The notes: generated from the letters alone by a model not told the origin. DNA of 64,000 nucleotides from Takakia lepidozioides (GCA_030704615.1 CM060733.1:20584001-20648000); one strand, 5' to 3'; positions 35,312-50,400 are shown, numbered from the stretch's first letter. Numbers and translations are program-made.

Positions 35312-38300
35312 CTAAGCAGAGGCGGATGATGTTGAAGAGGATGCAGATGAAGGTGCCCGTCGATGCTTATGCTTGTGATGATGGCGCCGCTCCTTGTCTT
35401 GGTTCTTCACTTTCTGCCCTCACAGACAAAGACACGCAGATTTTAGAGACACTGCCCTATTCTACTGTTCTGTACTAAATCATTATGAGTTTCGCATGAC
35501 AAGTAGAAGCAGATGAGGTACACTTTTCTACGTAATGGAACATTTGATGAGTTAGAACATCTTGAACAGCCAAGTTCGGAAGGAGTGCTACTCCAGTACA
35601 TTTAAGTTGATGTGGTTGAGATTGAAGAGCTCACGGAAATGACTTACGAAGTTTGTCAGTGTGCAAACACAAAACTAGGATTTGACTTAACCTGTGGAAG
35701 TCCCACCATGCAATTGCCAATAAGACTAATAATAGACAAAAAACCACCTTTCTCTTCTTGGGTTCGTCACGGGACTCCTCTTTTCTGCGTTTGTGCCTCT
35801 GCTTTTCCTTGTCCTCTTTCTTCAGTCTCTTTTCTTCTTGTCGTTCCGGCCTTGATTTAGCTTTGTTGCGATCACTACCATACTCAAACCTGCTACTGTC
35901 GTGAGATGACCTCCGCTTGCCTGAAGCAGCTGTGATGTTTGTAGTACCATTGTTGGTTGTTGCTCTTTCTTTTCCCCTCTTTTCCTCACTCTCTCCTGCC
36001 CCCCATCTGCCTCCATCATCCCTCAAAACCTCATTTTGGGCCTGCCCAGCTGGACCACCTATCACTTTGACATTATCAAATGAAGATAAAAGCTGCTGGG
36101 ACTGTCCCTCATGTTTTCTACTTGCATCAGCTTCTCTTAAAGATGTAGGACTTTGGATCATAATGTTCATATTTCCAGCTTTTACCCCGGGTTGAAAAAA
36201 TCTTCCGGAGTCCAATTGCATAGGTTCACCCCCTCTGTTTACAGCACCAATCTCTTTTGTGCTGCTTCTCATTTTCGTATCTTCCAGGGGCCTGGCGGCA
36301 GGTCTGTTGTCAGCGGCATGTCGTCCTTCTGGCAATGCAGAGGGGACCTTCAATCCTAGCTCCTTTCCAAGAGACTCCAAGAAATCTCCAGCAACCAACC
36401 TATTCAGGGCAGAATTGGCAGCCTGTACACTCTTCTCAGCAGGGTCCCTCTCTCTATCAGTAATGCTCTCTAGCCTCATTGATGTCTGAGGTAATGCTTG
36501 CAATCCATCTTCCTTCCCATTGTCCTCGTCTTCAGATTCATCTGAAAAGATTGCCTGGAACCACAGTTTTTCACGTTAGGCAGGCTGATTTTCTCTCCTT
36601 GCCTCTCTCCTGTATACTATCACAATTCAGGAAGCCCAAGGACTCATGGATATGTCAGAGACCAGTGTTGAAATGCTACTCAAGGTATATATGCCCCATC
36701 CAAACGACAAAACACTAGTCACGGTGTCTACCAGCAACCATCACCCATGAAGCTAGTAGATATATAGCTTAGAAACAAACACAGACACTAGCCAACCAAC
36801 CTTCCTTACCTATCTTCCTCAGAGACTGGCAACAAAGACCTATAATACAGAGTCAACCAAAGGGTGGCATTGAGTAATAGTACCTTATACAGATCAACTG
36901 GCTTCTCTGGAATTATTTGCACCTCCCCATCATCCTTAGCTGGTTCAAGCGATTCAATCACCTTCTCTTTGGACACTGAAGATGTTCCGTGGACAGCTAC
37001 ATCTTGATCAGCTGGGACAGGAAATTCAGGCCTGCTCTCTTTTGGATTAGCAATGAGAATGAATGACTCTGTTCGGCTCCGCGGCTTTGGTATGGGAGGG
37101 GGCTGCGCAGTCACAGGCCATCATCTTACGGTGAGCAAACAGTACCTCTCAGCTGTCGTCCACATCAGATACGCCTACCAGAAAAATGGGACTGAAAGAC
37201 CTTATGCATGCTCTTCTACACCTTGCCGCTTCAGAAAGCTAATCCAGGTCAGTAGAGACTGGTAACTGGGCAGAAAAATAGGAAATTTTCAAATATTGTT
37301 GTAAAGGTGAAGAAACAGGAAAGACACTTGAAGGCACCTTTCCAGCATACGGGTCCAGTAGATTGAAGCGCTTGCAGAGCATGGAGGTGGGCCTCCATGG
37401 ATTTTCCTCTCTATGAGGATATTGCTTTGCTTCTTCTGCTTCTATGATTTGTTTGGACAGATCACTCTTCTCCTGTGGCTGTCCAATCCCACCTGCTCTG
37501 GTCAATCGCTGTACTATATTTGGTGCCATGCATATGTGATCTTTTTGGCATACCTGAAAATCTAGAATCATAGTCAGAAATTTAGAAATCACAAACAAGG
37601 GATACCGCATTTATGTATCTAGAAAAGATATTGGATCCTAAAGATGCCTCTGCCCTCACGTACCAGACTTGTGCTTTCAATACCCCCCGTTGTGAAGCGA
37701 TTACCCATGATCGCTGCCAGCTCTGGCAAGAGATTGCCCAAAACACCTGACGCCAATACTTTTGATGATGTAGGAGCCTCCTGTAGTGCACGTGCAACTC
37801 CTTCAAACTCAAAGATTTCTTGGGCACGCTGCATCTCTGTTAACCCACTCCCTCCGCCCAATTGCTTCCGAAGCCCCCCCGAAGACTTGTCCTTCAGGAA
37901 TTGCTCAAACCGTGCCTGCTTTGCTGGGTTTTGCTGGAATGGTTGGTGTAATGCAGCATTGACCTCAGCAGTCTGCCAAAGGTCAAGTGGTAAGCTCGGT
38001 TAGACCTTTCTTGCCGGAACGCCCAAACGTATGGCTTGCTCTCAAACATGCAAAAGGTCTGCTCAGACTGTATTCCATGGCTCCACGCACTTGAAAAGGA
38101 GATCATCCCCCGTGTCCTCATATCCTCAAAACCAGTACACTCAGCTACTTACACTTTCATTACTCTAACTGTGTTTCTAGTATCTTGTTCCTGCTGTGGT
38201 CCATGATGAGCCGAAAAGGAGAAAGACAGACAAAAATAAAGACGAGAATGTACTCATAAGACATTTGCCGTAGCCTTGTGATAGTAATAAGGACAGGGAC

Positions 38301-41300
38301 AGAGAAACAAAATTGTTCATGGGCACTCACCCTGGAATGAAGCAAAAGTGCAGTGAAAACACATATAACCCCCCAAACATTGCTTGGTGACGGAGAGAGA
38401 GAGAGAGAGAGTTACTGCTGATGCTGACGTAGTGAATGTACTTGAAAGTGCAGACTGTAGGCGAGCACGGTCCTCTGCACCAACCATGGAGGCCACGGAG
38501 GCATTCCCTCTTGCTAGTGGGGTTTCCCCAAGAATCTTTCCACGTTGATCAGAATCCAAGCGAGATGACTCTCTTGATTCGTCAGATCTATTCACAGAGA
38601 CTTGAAACTGTTGCTTGCCCTCGGCCACAAGCTTCTGCTCTTCTTCCCACAGCCTACGCACGTAGTAGTCATGACCTGCACCTCCGAACAGAAATCCAAA
38701 TGCTGGGTTTCCAATGTGCTTCTCCCTTGACATATCTTCAAAGCGCTGCCCACTTTTGGCCACAAACGATGCTAGACCTTCAATAATCTTGCATGCCTGT
38801 GTGTCTGGCGGTGGCTGAGCTTCAGGGGGTGCAGGCTTTGATGACAAGCGCTCTGAATGGAGAGGGACAATGAATCTGTGCCCGGGCACGAAAGCCCGAG
38901 GAACTACAGGAGGGGGAAACCTGAACCAATGCAGGACTAACTTGTGATCACCAACACACAGCAACCAATAATGCTTAAGTATTGCACTCCAACATAAACA
39001 GCTAATTTGCATCACACTCTATGATGACATATCATAACCATCCCACATGAACCATTCCAACTCCTAATAGGACTTCGTCCTTTGAGGAACTCCACATGTA
39101 TGAGAGGACCCTGAGAAATTTCAATCGTACCAATATGGTTTGATAGATGGTTCGCCTGCAAATTTAAAGCCTGGCAATAATCTGCTGTTGGAGCTGGATG
39201 CTGCCACAGTCCTTTGAGGCTTTTTAAGGTCGGCAGCTGCATTATCTTCTTCCTCTATTTCCCGAATCTCAAAATCCATGCCTGTAGAGCAGCAAGACAT
39301 CTGTATAATCAAGAAGTATGATTCTAGTAAGGGATTCTAGTGAGGGTGCCCTACATAGAATGGCTTCTACTTCATGAGAATAAAGGGTTACTGCTGACAT
39401 ATGTTATCCCCTGCTCTGCAGGAGTACACCTCTGGTGCTCCGTTTCATCACAGCACAGGACATCTGAGAGGCCTGATTAGTGGCCTGGCCTTAGCAAACT
39501 ATAGAAGTACCTTCAGCATACACGTCTTCGTCCTCTTCACCATGGTCCTCCAATGCTCCGATACCAAACCCACTCGCCATCCTGCCCACTGTCATATGCC
39601 CACGTCTGTTTATGACCTTTCCAAGACTAGTCATTACCAAATTCCAGTACCATGAATTCTACCTTTGCTCACCCACCTTTGCAGGTAGGGGAGCCCTTTC
39701 ATTGTACATCTGAACACAACCTTTTCGCACATATGGAAAGTATTTATATTGGAAATGTATGAGAAGAGTGACAACCATTGGGACGAAAAAGGCTTGACTT
39801 AAAGAGTGCTTGAGATCGTCCCCTCCAGGTTCTCTGATTGGCATCCCCTCTTCCTTCCACCATATAAGCATGCTTCCTTTCTGCACACAGTCAAGGGGCA
39901 TATTATATTCATCAACACTCTGAGATGACATCTTTTTGGCATAGGATAGACAAAAGCAGGATGTGCAAGTGCACTAGGAAGGTAAGTAAATATTTGGCAC
40001 TTAAAAAGCCAAACAGCAATATCTAACTAGCAAGAAAGTAGTTGGTAAAAGAGTGTTGGAGAAGCACCAAGGTGAGTAAATACTGGTTGTTTGGAAGGCA
40101 ATCTGGCAAGGAAGATTATATTCGTAATCGTCCAGATGTCAGACATGAGGACAATGAATGGCTAGAAACAGTCAAGTGAATACAGATTCAACTCTTTCTA
40201 AGCTCAAACTCATGAAAAGCTTACCTCTAAACTCTGGTGCATTTCTGAATGGATCAAAGCCAAGACCATATAAGTCATTCTTTGGATTCATGACAAAAAC
40301 CTGCAGTAAGACCCAATTGTCCCTGTCAAGTCAGTGCTCAAATGGGAAAGAGCTGAAGTCCAACGAACTGTTCTGAGCTTCTGCCTCTAGGAACAGGGAT
40401 TGAGGACTGCCTAGGTGATCCACACTGTGCTGAAGTTCTAAACTCTGGTGCATTTCTGAATGGATCAAAGCCAAGACCATATAAGTCATTCTTTGGATTC
40501 ATGACAAAAACCTGCAGTAAGACCCAATTGTCCCTGTCAAGTCAGTGCTCAAATGGGAAAGAGCTGAAGTCCAACGAACTGTTCTGAGCTTCTGCCTCTA
40601 GGAACAGGGATTGAGGACTGCCTAGGTGATCCACACTGTGCTGAAGTTCTAACTAAGAATGGTGCCTACATCTGAACTTTTGGATTACCCACCTAGGCAA
40701 AAAGGAGCCCATCTGGCCATGATGTTGAGACCAGGAATGTTCTGACCTTTATGAAAGCATCAAGACTATCACTGCAGTTCTGATCTCAAGTTCGAGAGGA
40801 TCAATCCTATGCTGGAAGCTTGGACTTTCTTGGGTCTTGGACCTAGATGAATACCCGTCCACATTATGCTATCACAAAGGACATTCTACTCTTCCCCTTC
40901 CTTCGCTTCAGCAAGAGTTTCTCCCTTGTGAGTAAAACTTGACTTTCTCCCTCTACATCTTACTATCGTGTGATTGTAAGGATCAGTACAGTTCAGCACC
41001 CCCCCTTCTGATATCCATTTAGACATGCAAATGGGAAGGGTTGTGAAACCATTATAGAATGTGACTGACAATGGGAAGCTAACTAATCTCATAACTGCGT
41101 GTAGACAGTACGCTACAGCTCAGATAATAGGGCACCCTATTGTGACCAAATGCCCCAAACTAAATTTCAAGAATTTAGGCTTTGGGACTTTATATGGCAG
41201 TAAACAGCAACACGAATCTCCTCCAAGGATGTCCTAAGTGCAACGTCTTGTGCCAAAGCAGGCTAACCTTTCCATTTGAGAGAAAAAACAAAGGGTAGAG

Positions 41301-44020
41301 GCAGCATACGGGGGTGCTGCGAGGCACATCAATGTCTGACTGAGCCTCCTCGAGAAGCAACTCTTCCTCCTTAGCCAAAGCAGGTTCTTTCTCCGCATAC
41401 TCCTGCCGCAATCCAGGTGGCAATTGCGCACCATACACCTTCACCACTGGTTCTGCTGGGGCATTCTGAGCAAGGGCCATCATGGCCTTTCTTGCCTCTC
41501 TTTGAGCATCTGTCCAAATTCACCAAGCTCTCAACTAAGTTGGATGGAGAATTTTGATCTCATAGAATGCAAGCCAGAAAGAGAGCACAGCTTAGAGACG
41601 GGGAGGGCTTGTGTGTGTGCGAGAGACTGAGAGAAAGAGAAATGCCTGAAGTAGCAGCAATATGTCTGGGCCCAATGAGTCGACCATGACGCCATCCCAT
41701 TTTAAGTAGCAACTTCACTCCTGCCATCCATCCCTCCAAAATAACTTTGCCTCATTTACAATCCAGCCATCATGTGGATCAACAAAATGCAAACATTTAA
41801 ACTTGTCCAATGCCCAAAGCAACCCAATGCAAAAACCAACTGAGACGTGAATGGTATGAGGAGAAATGGTACTCCATTCTGAGATTTTTCGGTGCCACTT
41901 GACCGTTGACCCTACATGCATCAACATAGAGGTTTTGGCACCAAACCTGTTTGCAGGTTGATGTCGGTCTGCAAACAAAAGCTCTACCTAGAAGAAGGTG
42001 CTACTTCTGGGGAAATGGTATTACACGATAACTGCTGCAATTGCGTTCAACCGATGCAAACATATATGATGAGGAACAGCCAACAAACCTATAGATTCTG
42101 CAACTGGAACAACGATCTCATCTGGCGCTGGTCCTGGAAGTGCTGAGGGCCTGCCAACAACAGTCGAGTTACTTTTAAGGGCTAATATTGTTTGCTGCCT
42201 TGACTATATGTACATCACACACTCTGCCAATGTGGACCAGCAAAGAGGGAAGACTAGAGACTACAATGATGATTGAAAGCTCAGCCAGCAGTGAAATACT
42301 CATTACAGATGTGTGCTATACACATCCATGTGAGTAAGGGAGAAAGGGGGGATTGTTGGAGGCTGTAATCTTGTGTATCAAAGATAGAGGTCAGGCAGTA
42401 CCGTTTTCCCATCTCTTGAGCAGCTTGGCGGCGTGCAAGTTCGGCGGCAGTTGAGCCAAAAGTGTCAAACTCAGTGTTTGCTCTAAGCTCCTTAGAGTCC
42501 AAGTCCTGGTCAGAATAAAGCAGCATACATGCATCTTTGAGGTCCTCTTCCACAGACTTCACACCATCCATCAGGTATCAAACTAGGAGGCAAGAAAGAA
42601 GGAATGAGAAGAACATACAATAGCCGGGCCGACTTATAGTGACCCCTTGACCCATAACGACAAATGCCTCATGTAAGCAGGCGGGCACTATTAATATTTA
42701 AAAAGAACCATATGCATTTCTGTTGCCTATTTTTCCCACTGAAGACTTGGAGACCTCTAGTAAGTACACAATTGGCAAAACAATTATGAAAGTGGTAAAG
42801 GGTAAACAGATAATGGCCTAACTTGGCACCAAAACACCTAGACGAGTGTGCTTACAAAATGTCATATTAGACATACCGCTTTCTCGTCTTCATCCAGGAA
42901 GTCATACACAGATTGTTCCTTCCTATCTGTGCGTGCCTTTCGAGATGACATGAATGATTGTGGTGCCCATCCTGCATTCCCATCTTTCTTTCGTCAATTA
43001 TCATCTCAATCACAGTATTGCCAAGAAAAAATGAGCAAGCACTTATTCGCTGCTTTTAATTGAACGTTGCCCATCAGTCACACAATTGTAAATATTTGTG
43101 GCTGGATGAATAGTTTACACTTCAACGTGCATACTTGGGGAGAAAGTTGTGGTGTGTACCCTCTTTAGAACCAACAGTGTTGTAGTACCCGGCAGAGAAT
43201 CCGCCACTAAAAGCGCCATGAAACCTTCGACGACCTTCAGCATCTGTGACCTGTACACAGTCAATTTAAATAGAACACAAATCAATTTTGACTTCACTCT
43301 CATCTTGCTTTCGGTTCCCAGCAGCCATGGCCAACGTCAAGAGCACATAATTACAAAATGAACAATTGTTCTGTAACTCTACGCATTTGCAATTCAGCAT
43401 CAGCCACCACGTTTGCATAACCTAACAGCAGGACACTTATGAATAGATCAAGCTGTTTTTAATGAATTGTCTTTCAGTCTCTTTGACCTCAAGCAATTAT
43501 CTCTGGCAAAACAACGTCACAGAAAAAGAAAACAAGAACGTTGACATCCCCTGCGCATCTCAGAGAAGGAGAGAGTATGCCAATATAGAGAGATATTACA
43601 GAGATGCTGGGGGAGGGCGAGAAACGACATAGGTAGATCCCCACAATTGCTCGAGTATTTCCTCCTTGCATGGGTGTGAACGTTTAGGTCATTGCACGCT
43701 TCTCGCAATTTCAACAACAAATACAACCGCCAAGACAGAATATACACCGCACACTAAGCCATCTCCTGTTCTTACTTCCCAGTCACTGGATTACATATCT
43801 AATTCCACAGCACGCCCTGCCGCTTGCGAGAAAATGCCTGTAGTAGAGTGCCATAGAGGAGAAAAAGGAGAAACAAGATAAAAACCTCTTGGTTCCAAAG
43901 TGCAACGCGGCGAGCCTGGCCAAGTTCTAATGCCGCTTTCCGTTTTCGAGGACCCAAATCCTCCTCCCGCTCCAGAGGTGTGCCATACACCACATAATCT
44001 TCATCTTCCTCCCCCGCCAT
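35312..44020 (-). CDS. TGH: TOUGH G-patch/SURP domain RNA-binding protein; multi-exon
   Basis: [47 protein letters not shown]; [15 protein letters not shown]; G-patch [13 protein letters not shown]; [18 protein letters not shown]; [39 protein letters not shown]; [17 protein letters not shown]; KPVDLYK; basic tail ending at TAG 35312. Confidence 0.93.
40226..40652. repeat. 211-bp tandem duplication spanning a TGH exon and its upstream intron
   Basis: aactctggtgcatttctgaatgg starts at 40230 and again at 40441; copies appear identical; tctaa microhomology at the junctions. Confidence 0.95.
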
Positions 44021-44460
44021 CGCTCGTCACTAAGTTACCTCAAACATGAAACTCAACCCACTGCTTTCAATCCAGATTTCAACCAAACTTCAATCTATCC
44101 CTCTGCAATGGATACATACACCGGTTAAATCTCTGCACAGTCTTTGTTGTGATCTGCCATAGCTGCAAGCAAAAGGTCAATCCTGGATGACTACACGCAT
44201 CATCCACACAGCTAGTTTCCGTCGTGCATGAACGTCCGTCCACTGCTTCGTCCCTAAACCCTAAACCCCCGTCTCTCTCAGATCTTGCATTTCCCGCAGC
44301 ATCGTTGCAGGTGCTGGAAGAATATCTTCTGATGAATTAACGTACTAGACTCCAGCCATGTTGAGATGCAGTCAGTAAAGATCATCTCCACAACTGGAAA
44401 TTCCGTAAAGTCCTCCGACTCTACTTACAACAGAGTAATGTACAGAGATCGGTGTTGAAA
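44021..44460. promoter_or_regulatory. Putative bidirectional promoter for TGH and the TPR gene, with a telo-box
   Basis: Divergent ATGs 440 bp apart; ccctaaaccctaaaccc (AAACCCTAA telo-box) at 44252-44268. Confidence 0.6.
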
Positions 44461-47400
44461 ATGGCGGCATGGTTACCTCAGATGGTGAGGAGCCATTCAA
44501 TGCGCCGTGGTATGTCTACGGCATACTGGGTCGGTTCCAAGGCGCATGAGATCGACATTCGGGCTAGTGTACTTAGAACATTCGCTGTAACACTGCTGGG
44601 TTCGTCCCTATCCTTTTGAACTCCTGAAGGGTGGATGATACATGACTTGTGTATGAATTTGCAGTCGCGATCAAGCCGAAATTGCAATTTCGAATTGCAG
44701 CATATTCAATTTACAAGGCAGGGCTGACGGCATTGCAGTGAAGGCGTCGGATATACTTCCCAATATTGGACGGGTGCGGTATAGAAATGAAAGCCGCAAC
44801 GATACAAGAGACCTCTTGTGAAATTAAGTTTAGAAGACTGGCTGTTTATGAAAACAGAAGGGAAATAGTCTTTGGTACGAGTAATCTTGGTGGGTGCAGT
44901 GCGTCCTGTCTTACGAATGCCTATCTGCAGTTCCTTTCGATTTTCATGTAGAATTATGTCACCGACCTTGCACCCACAACGGCCGCGTTACTTTCTAGAT
45001 GTCATCCTGGCGATGCGACAATTTTCTTTCCCACGGACAAATATTCCTGGACCTGGAATGCCTTCAACATCATCGATGATGCGTGACTTTTTTTTTGACT
45101 GCACTCCTGCAAATCAAAATTTTTCTTACACATACGCTCTTCTTATCTGGTTGCAGATGAGGAGTGTCAGCATAACCGGAGTGGACACTTTACAAGGCTT
45201 TGGCTACCAGGATTTGCAGGTGATGGTGCTAACGGAAATAAGTCTAGTGCATCCCATGAAAAACTCTCCAGTTTGTGGGAACTTAGCTAGAGGACCTTGG
45301 GAAATCTTCCTGAACAGAGTGGGGATTTGAGGCCCCAGATTAAGCAAGCAATGCCTGAGAGATATTTTGAAAAGCTTTGTGTACTGGTCAGATAACATTC
45401 CCTTGGCATCAACACACAATGTAATTATATCCATCCACAGGATCAAGAATATTTCTGAAAGATACAAGAAAAGAGTCTACCGCACCCATGCACCATCAGG
45501 CAACCCCCACATGATGACTGTGTACCATTATTTTTAAGGGATGCAAGTCAGCGGGGTTTTGTAGTGGGTCTGCACTCATTCTGCAGTTATATCTTACAGC
45601 TGCTTGATATTCTTATGATGATGATGCAGCGGTGGTCCTTTGGGGGGGCAGCCAGTGGGCTTTGGCTGAGGAGATGAAGGCACAACCCTCCTCTCCGTCA
45701 GCCTTTGCTACCTCCAACAACTATGGATCTCAGGGGGTTCAATTTCTTGACGGCAGTGAAAATATATCCAACTCTCATACAGCAAGATGGAGGGTTTACA
45801 CAGATACGGGTCGCGATTTATTCTCTCAGGTTCAGACATCTTATCCCTTTGAATTCTGAATGAAATTATTTATTTAGTCAAACCTCCATAAATTTATGGA
45901 CATGTAAGCTCACAATGTCTAGGTGGGTTTGGGTGGTTAAAGCCTTCCATAATTTCTGTACATGCATTCACAACTTAATGGAACAAATGTTTGGCAGGGC
46001 CGTCTCGATCAAGCAGAAAAGTACCTTTTGCGAGCATTGGAGGAGGCCAAGAAGGGATTTGGAGAGACAGACCCCCATGTGGCTTCCAGCTGCAACAATC
46101 TCGTACAGTGCCTCATCTTCATAGATTGCAGACATGGAAAATAGTGAGGGTTTCAAAGTACCAAGACTCAAGATGCAACAAGTCATGAGATAAAAGGAAC
46201 CAGGATTTCTTACACATTTTCTTGGTTTGTGGTTACTTCATACATGTCAGATTTAGTTGCAAGCTTCAGATTACCGTTGAGAAATGTGGTCAAGGTAGTG
46301 GGTTCATATGGCAGGCTGAGCTGTTCCGTATGAAGAGAGAGTATGCAAAAGCAGAGCCCCTCTTTAAAGAGGCTGTGCAGAGGCTGGAGCAAGCTTACGG
46401 GCCACAACATGAAAGGCAAGTCACCCACAGCCCTCCTAGCCAGCATCACACATCACTTAATCCAGTATTGAAAATGAATACTCGTTTACATGGTACATCA
46501 GCTTTTGATTGGTTGGCGCACATGATGACGGGATGGATTGTAACAGGGTCTCATGTGCATGACTGGGGATGGGACGGCATGGCATGGATCAGTGTGGGCT
46601 TTGCGTTGCATAATCTGGCAGGCACATACCTTCAGCAGCAGAACTTTGAGCAAGCCCGTTCTTGTTATGAGGTATTGAAATTTTAGCTTTAAGACTCAAC
46701 TGAAGTTAGCACTGGCCTCTGTTGATTGCTACTAATGCATTGCCTCGAATTGACAGGGGCATCTGGTTTGGCTGGGTTTCTTGACCTCTGTGACAAATAT
46801 GAATGGATAGGGCTTGGGCTCAATTCAGATCCCACACTTTTATATTACCTTCATGGCATCATCGTGTTTAAAACCATTGTGTATTAGGAGTGTGAATGCT
46901 CAGCAGTAAGTCCGAATAGCAGTTTGAGTATCAGATATTGGTTGCGGTGAAGGTTTTCCTGGATAAACTCGTCCTGCAGTTGTTTACATCTCTTCTGGTT
47001 TAGTTAGAGTTGATGTTTGTGTTATTTGACAGTGCTGGTGGTTGGGGGCTTGTAACATGGTTTCTCCCTCATCATATCTCAGCGGTCCCTGATGGTGCAA
47101 CCTTCTCACCTTCCATGTTCTCAATTTTTTGATGGTGTTGCAGGTAGAAGAGCTTAAAAATGTAAAAGAGGCCTTGGCAACCAATCTCTCACTTAACTTA
47201 GCTAATTGTTTCTTGCATGTGTCTCTCAATTTTTAGCCCTTCCTCCGAACGTACCCATTTGCTGAATAAGTGTTCGCGGGGATTATATGGAACTTCATAG
47301 ATAAAGGAGAGAAAGCTTGGGCCCAGTCATCCCGAATATGCCAGCACACTTTTCCATCTGGGCGAGGTTGTTATCTCATTCTGCCGTGAAGTCTTTGCTT

Positions 47401-50400
47401 TCTCTTACAGGCTTGTTCACTGCAGAAATCTTGAGAGTATATCTCTTGGTATGTCCATTACATGTTTCTGGGTGCTCAAGAATGCTTCTATGCCCCTTCC
47501 TGTATCCAATGCTGTCCAAGCTTTGTGGATTGCTGGGTGCAGGTGCTGCGACTTCAGGGGAACCTTACTGATGCAGAGGTTCTTATTCGGGATTCAATTC
47601 GGATACTAGAGGTTTTTCCTATATCTTCATCCTTCCCACTTTATTCCTGTTACATCTTTTCTGATAATGTTTTTGAGTTCAGATATAGAATGAGTGCCAT
47701 TTTGAAACAAAGGAGTAACATCGTCTTGCTGCAAATAACATCTCCCTGTGGTGTGGCGCATTCAGAAATTGTCATTGTATCCTTGTAATCAAAATTAACA
47801 AAAGCTTGTCAGGGATCGTTGGGTTTCTGGTGACACTTGAATGCTGGATGCAGGAAGGGGGTGCTGGCCATTCTCAAATGGCCCTACGACGTATGAGCCG
47901 CCTTGCAGACGTACTCATTCCTTTGCTACACTTTGCCATTTCTCAGAGTAATAGTCGAACTGGCAGTAGGCTAACTAGAACACAGTACCACTCGTTGTTC
48001 TCACTAGAGCACAACGGTTTTGTCCAGTTTAGGCAAATCTACAGGATTTGCTTGCAGTGGTATCTTGATTCAACACGCTAGATCACACTTGTAGTTGTGA
48101 CAAGCTAAGAGTAAAGCTTAATGTTCTGAGATTTTGATGATTGTGAGATAGCTTTGTGTGGCTCCATTCAGAGATGGTGACCCAACTTTGATGGCTTATA
48201 ATTACCTGCAGGGTCAAGGGTAAGCTATGCGCTAAATGACAAAAGCAGTACTTTGAGAACAATCTACATATTGAGTCTCTTCAATTTACATCCACATTTT
48301 GGCAAAAACTTGAACTTGATCAAACTTGAAGCCGATCGCAAATTTGCAGCGAAGGGTTTGAACATGTGGATCACATTTTGTCAGTGTCAGACTCATGCTT
48401 ATTTTGGTCTCACCATGTGTACATGAAAGCCCAAGCTGAGCTGGATCACATTGTAGGCATGGTTCTCCATGAATGAGTTCGTATTATCTCTGGTGCCTGT
48501 CTAGTTTTCCTTTATTAGTTTATCCTTGCCCACCAGAGTTAAGATGGATTGTATGTAAAATTCTCTTGTTGGTGGGTTGGTGGATGCAGTTAATGGTATA
48601 CTCTGGTCAACTACAGGAAGCTGAGAATTTGCAACGGAAGATTCTCCACATTCTGGAACTTTCACTGGTTTGTCTCCCTCCCTCCCTCCTCTCCTCTCTC
48701 TCTCCAACTTCAAGAGGTTGAGCCGATGTAATGGGCGTCTAAGCCAGCAAATTGCAAAATCTAATGAGTACATCCCTCCGTAATGACGACTATTCTGCAA
48801 CAGTATCATCAGCACGGTACCAGTTGTATTGTCTTTGATCCACTGTACCATGTAGCATTCCTGTGGGAAAGATATGTCAGCTGCATACGGAGACAGTCAC
48901 TTAATCAAATGCTTGCACCTCAGAAGACGAATTACTTTTATATACTCACTCTCATAGACATGTTCTTTTGTTTCCAGAGAGCTCTACTGTGCCTTTTGGC
49001 CCTCCTCCAATGGACATAACTTTCCACCTCTTCTACTCTTGTGCCTCAGGCCTTGCTATAGTTGCAACTCATTGTCAGATGTCTTATACCAGAAATTGTG
49101 GACATGGGAGGTTTTGGTGTCTTTTCCCATATGTGGTACTGGTTTTAGTGCGCAATTTTAGGGATGTTTTTCCACTACACATCTCAGTGGACTTGTGGGT
49201 GGGAGAAGGGGCCCGAGAGTCTGAGCACAATTATGGCTGTCGACAACTTGGCCACAACATTGCATGCCCGGGAGAAACTGGATGAGGCAGAAGAGCTTTT
49301 TCAACGGTGGGCTCTACTTCCTGTTGGGTCAAGTGCAGCCTCTGTAGGGTTGTGGATTTCCTTCTCATACAATAGCTCAAAAGACCAGGCTTATTTAGAT
49401 GTCCACATTAGGTTTTACTTGCCTTAAGCCTTGTTTATAGACTGTGCACCAGGTTTAGATAGAGCCAAAAATAGGCAATAAGGGGTGGGAGAGCAAGGGG
49501 TGAGCAGATCTAGCCAGCAGCACACTGCTTGCTATGCTGATAAGTAATTTTGGTCTGGCCTCCTAAAGTCTTCCAGACAGCTCTTTGGGCATGAAGTCTC
49601 GGATATTGAAAGTTAGAGATGTAAGAATTTCCATTGAGAAACCAATGGAACAGATTAGTGTATTTGTAATTCGGAATGATCTTGGGATGTGCAGATGCCT
49701 TGACGTCCGACAAAAGACCCTTTCTCCTACCCACATCCAGGTTGGCACTTCAGGCCATGCACCACTTGTGTAGGTTGCAGATTTAGACGTTCAATGGAAA
49801 ATTGGACCTCAGAGGACATTATTTTTCTATCTTTCATTTTCACCAGCTCTTTGCAGCAGAAGCTTCGTTAATGGAGGACTTCTAGAAGGGAAAGCTGGTT
49901 GGAGTCAAGGACCAATTGGCAGATAGAAGACACAAAATAAGGTTAAAATGTAGGCACCGATTGTGGTCTGCAAACTATGGCCTCATACTTCACCTACTTT
50001 CATGCCTTTAATGTGACAGGTAGGGTCAACATTATTCAAGTTAGCACTCGTAACGACACAGCACGCTGATGAGCTTGCAGCAAGCAATGGGGAAACAGGA
50101 TTGCGGGAAGCCATAGAGGAGTATGCAAAGGCTGAAGACATGCTTCATCAAGCAATCAGGTGTTTTTCTACACCTTTGAGTAGCAAAGGAGCACAAGTAT
50201 TCCAACCACCTCTTGTATTTAGTTAAAGAAGATACCATTGGACCATGGGGATGATTATGTGCCGACATGTGTGAGGTGTCTTTTGAGGACTCAGCTATAT
50301 TTAGACTTGAGAACTCCTATATTTAGACTTGGTAGTATGGAAGTAACTGTAGCAGATTTTGACAGTATTGCAGAGCAGAACTGGGAGGCATCTCTGCCCC

